Assembly (NCBI GenBank): GCA_009914755.4
Contig: CP086569.2
Span: 3,840,001 to 3,904,000 of the forward strand
DNA: 64,000 nucleotides
Direction: 5' to 3'
Source of the DNA: the human T2T-CHM13v2.0 reference genome, Homo sapiens
This document shows, piece after piece, positions 59,331-64,000 of the stretch. How positions within the stretch are numbered: the first letter of the stretch is position 1; every line of letters starts with the position of its first letter. The position numbers and the translations under genes are program-made. A model generated the notes under the pieces. The model worked only from the letters and a program-made list of their open reading frames with translations, did no database searches and had not been told where the DNA came from.

Positions 59331-60757
59331 ATTTCTACCTTATAGGGCTATATTTGGTATTAAATGTAAATGACTGGCACCATACCTGGTATATTGTAGA
59401 CAGTCCATTACTCTTAGCCTAGGAGCACCCACTTTTCTAATACAATCCCCTTAGTGTTACTGAGAAAAGAATAACAAACTTGTAGTTAACAAACCCCAGA
59501 ATGAAATTTCATGTGTGTAACATAAATTTTTTTCTTTGTTTTCTCTCATTTTTGTTGTGGTTTTCTTTTCTTATTTCTTTTCCTTTTCTTTTCTCAAAAT
59601 CTATTTGTTCTCTGACTCTACCACTTAAATTCTGTGTGACCTTTAGCTAATTACTGAAACTTTTGGAGCCTCAGTTTCTTCATTTTAAAACAGGGTTGAT
59701 AATGTTGTCCTTATAACAATTTTTGGAAAGTTTAAATGAGATTACAAAACAAAATAGAAGAACTCTAATAAACTAAAATTAAAGCAATTAAGTAGTAGTT
59801 TATTTCTTCATAGGAATGTAAATTCTTGGGAGATAAAATTGTTATTATTCCAGACCTCCACAGCCAATAATGATTAATAATATAAAAAATATATTCAGTT
59901 CTTGAAACCATGCTATGTGCCAAACAGCACACAAGTTGATATGGGAGAAAAAGCAATGAATAAGATGCTGCATCTACCCATAAGAAGATTAACACACTGT
60001 AGAGAAATAGAGTATTTATAATGACCGTCAATGTTATTTATAATAAATGCAAAAGGGAAACTGAACATAGCATAGAGGTTGACATGAGGGATATTATTTT
60101 AGTTTAGAGGATAAAAACAACCTTTATGAATGAGATACTGTAAGATGGATTTAAAGAATAAATGCTTTTTGCATTTTGACAAAAATAGTTCAAATATGAG
60201 TTATGAATTAGAAATTCCAAGCAAATGAGATACCTAAAACAAAGTCACAAGAGATTTAGTGAATCCATGACATTTTTGGATAAGTGTGAGACATTCACTA
60301 CTTCAGTTTAGTGGATTTTAGTAGAAAGTTATTTAGAAACCTGCATTGAGACTAGAAGATGAACATTTTTGACTATCAGCCTAGCCAAATACGTTGTAAC
60401 AAACCTGAGTTTTTCAATATTTTTAAATACAGGAGTGGCAAAATCAGAGATGTGCTATAAAAATGACATGTCATAGACAAAATAATGCAGAATAGACACT
60501 GAGTAAAATAGAAGCGGTTCCTTTGTGCATTTCAACATGTTAAGCTTTATCACTTTCAGGTTATTGAAATATATACCTTCACATTACATAGATTATATAC
60601 AGATAGATATAGAGATATGTATCTGTACATACTATATCTTTATATAGAGAAAAAGCTTGAGATATATATATAAAATATAGATAGATACCATAGCTTAATA
60701 AATATATATGTCAACATAAAATACATTATATTGGCAACATTCTCAGATAAATGTACC

Positions 60758-62689
<1,932 letters not shown>

Positions 62690-64000
62690 TTACATCACAT
62701 CATATGAGATCTTACAGAACAGATCCTTTTATCATGACAAATTAATCATTAGTATTGAATGCTAGTGATGGAAATAAATGATAAAGGAAGTTTATTTTGA
62801 TTCATTAATTGTATATATCATAGAAATGAAAAATAAAGATAATTTACTATATTTAGAAATACTCTGTTTTGGTAGAGAGAATAATTCCTTGAGCACATTT
62901 AGTACAGATTATTGGTCTTGCACACATGGTTAGATTAAAGATAAATATAAAAATAGATTCATTTTTGACCTTCAGAATCTAAAATGTCCAAATGCTCATC
63001 AAAAGAGAGAAAAGTCAATGAGTGAAGGCAGATTGTTTTTCTTTAAAGATTTTCTGCTTGAATGTCACTGCCTCTTAGTGCCCTACAGAACCACAAATTA
63101 TGAGTAGAATAAAAGGATGTACTTTAGAAAATATTGAACCAGATACTTCCAGTGTCTGTGCTATATATTGGGAGAAAATGAAGCACTCTTAATAAATAGA
63201 TAAACTTTTAAATTAGTTATTGCTTCAGTATACCAAATGGTATCCTTGTTGCCCACAATATTTAATGCCTATTCCTAAAGTGTTTAATATATTCTGATAA
63301 ACTATTTACTACTGGGAAACCTTGAATGACTTAGGAGATAATTAATTTAATTTGTGGTTTAGTGAACAACAAACTTTCCTCATTTAATACCTTAAACTCT
63401 GAATCGAAACTTTTTCCATCACAGATGGCTGACAATATACAAGATATAACATATATTAAAAATAGATTGGATGTAATATACTTGGAGCGACACTTGAGCT
63501 CTTCATGGCAGTGCAAAGATACTATAAGATATTTAACTGTGACTGAATCACAGTGAGCACAGTCAGCCACACCTTACTGGTCATTGTCAAGACTCTGTAA
63601 ATCATGTTTGATAAGAACAGAGTTCGTCACAATCACATAAGCATTTATTTCCCTGACAATTAAATGGTGAAAATGTTGGAGATAATATTTAGAACAAGAT
63701 AGAATTACCATACAAAAGCCATTTTCTATCGTAAATCTAATGATAATGCTACACTCTATAAGTCACAAACAATCATGGGTGTTTGCTAATTTTGCAGTAC
63801 TTGCCTTCACTCTTCCAATGGAGAAATAATATTCTCAAAGACAACATTTAATAATAATGCACCATGTACGGTAATCACTTCATTATTAGAAATGTTAACA
63901 AAGCATATATTATCTAGTTTAAAGTTTTATAAAGTGTATTCCTTAAAACATTACATCTACAGGATTAAAGTAGGCCTTGTGTTGAAAAGCAGTTCTCTTA

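Overview
This window is not prokaryotic and contains no novel defence system or operon. It is primate, almost certainly human, nuclear DNA: AT-rich, gene-poor, and roughly 60% recognisable interspersed repeats. The six-frame ORFs that look protein-like are all decayed retroelement genes (LINE-1 ORF1/ORF2, and HERV-L gag/pro/pol including the long 323-aa ORF). Contents, left to right: (1) an Alu with TSDs. (2) A nested pair of LINE-1s: a 5'-truncated L1 with a poly(A) tail and a 15-bp TSD inserted into an older antisense L1. (3) A 4.3-kb antisense L1. (4) A MIR. (5) An L1 5' end (5'UTR with ~130-bp tandem repeats, ORF1, start of ORF2). (6) Several Alus with clean TSDs, including a tail-to-tail inverted Alu pair. 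(7) Two short L1 3'-end fragments. (8) A THE1-type MaLR solo LTR. (9) An old antisense L1. (10) A GC/CpG-rich LTR12 (HERV9-type) solo LTR with four tandem ATTGG (CCAAT-box) repeats. This is the only promoter-like island in the window. (11) An old L1 peppered with Alu and MaLR (MST) insertions. (12) A (CA)n(GA)n microsatellite. (13) An MLT2 solo LTR. (14) A 6.7-kb defective HERV-L (class III ERV) provirus. It has MLT2-type LTRs, a tRNA-Leu-like PBS, frameshifted gag-pro-pol with a dUTPase domain downstream of integrase, and an intact 5-bp TSD (AAACT). It sits inside ORF1 of an old full-length L1. (15) A young, near-consensus L1PA 3' fragment in antisense. I found no rRNA, tRNA, CRISPR array, or convincing cellular exon. 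All repeat-family names are assigned by eye and should be confirmed with RepeatMasker/Dfam.
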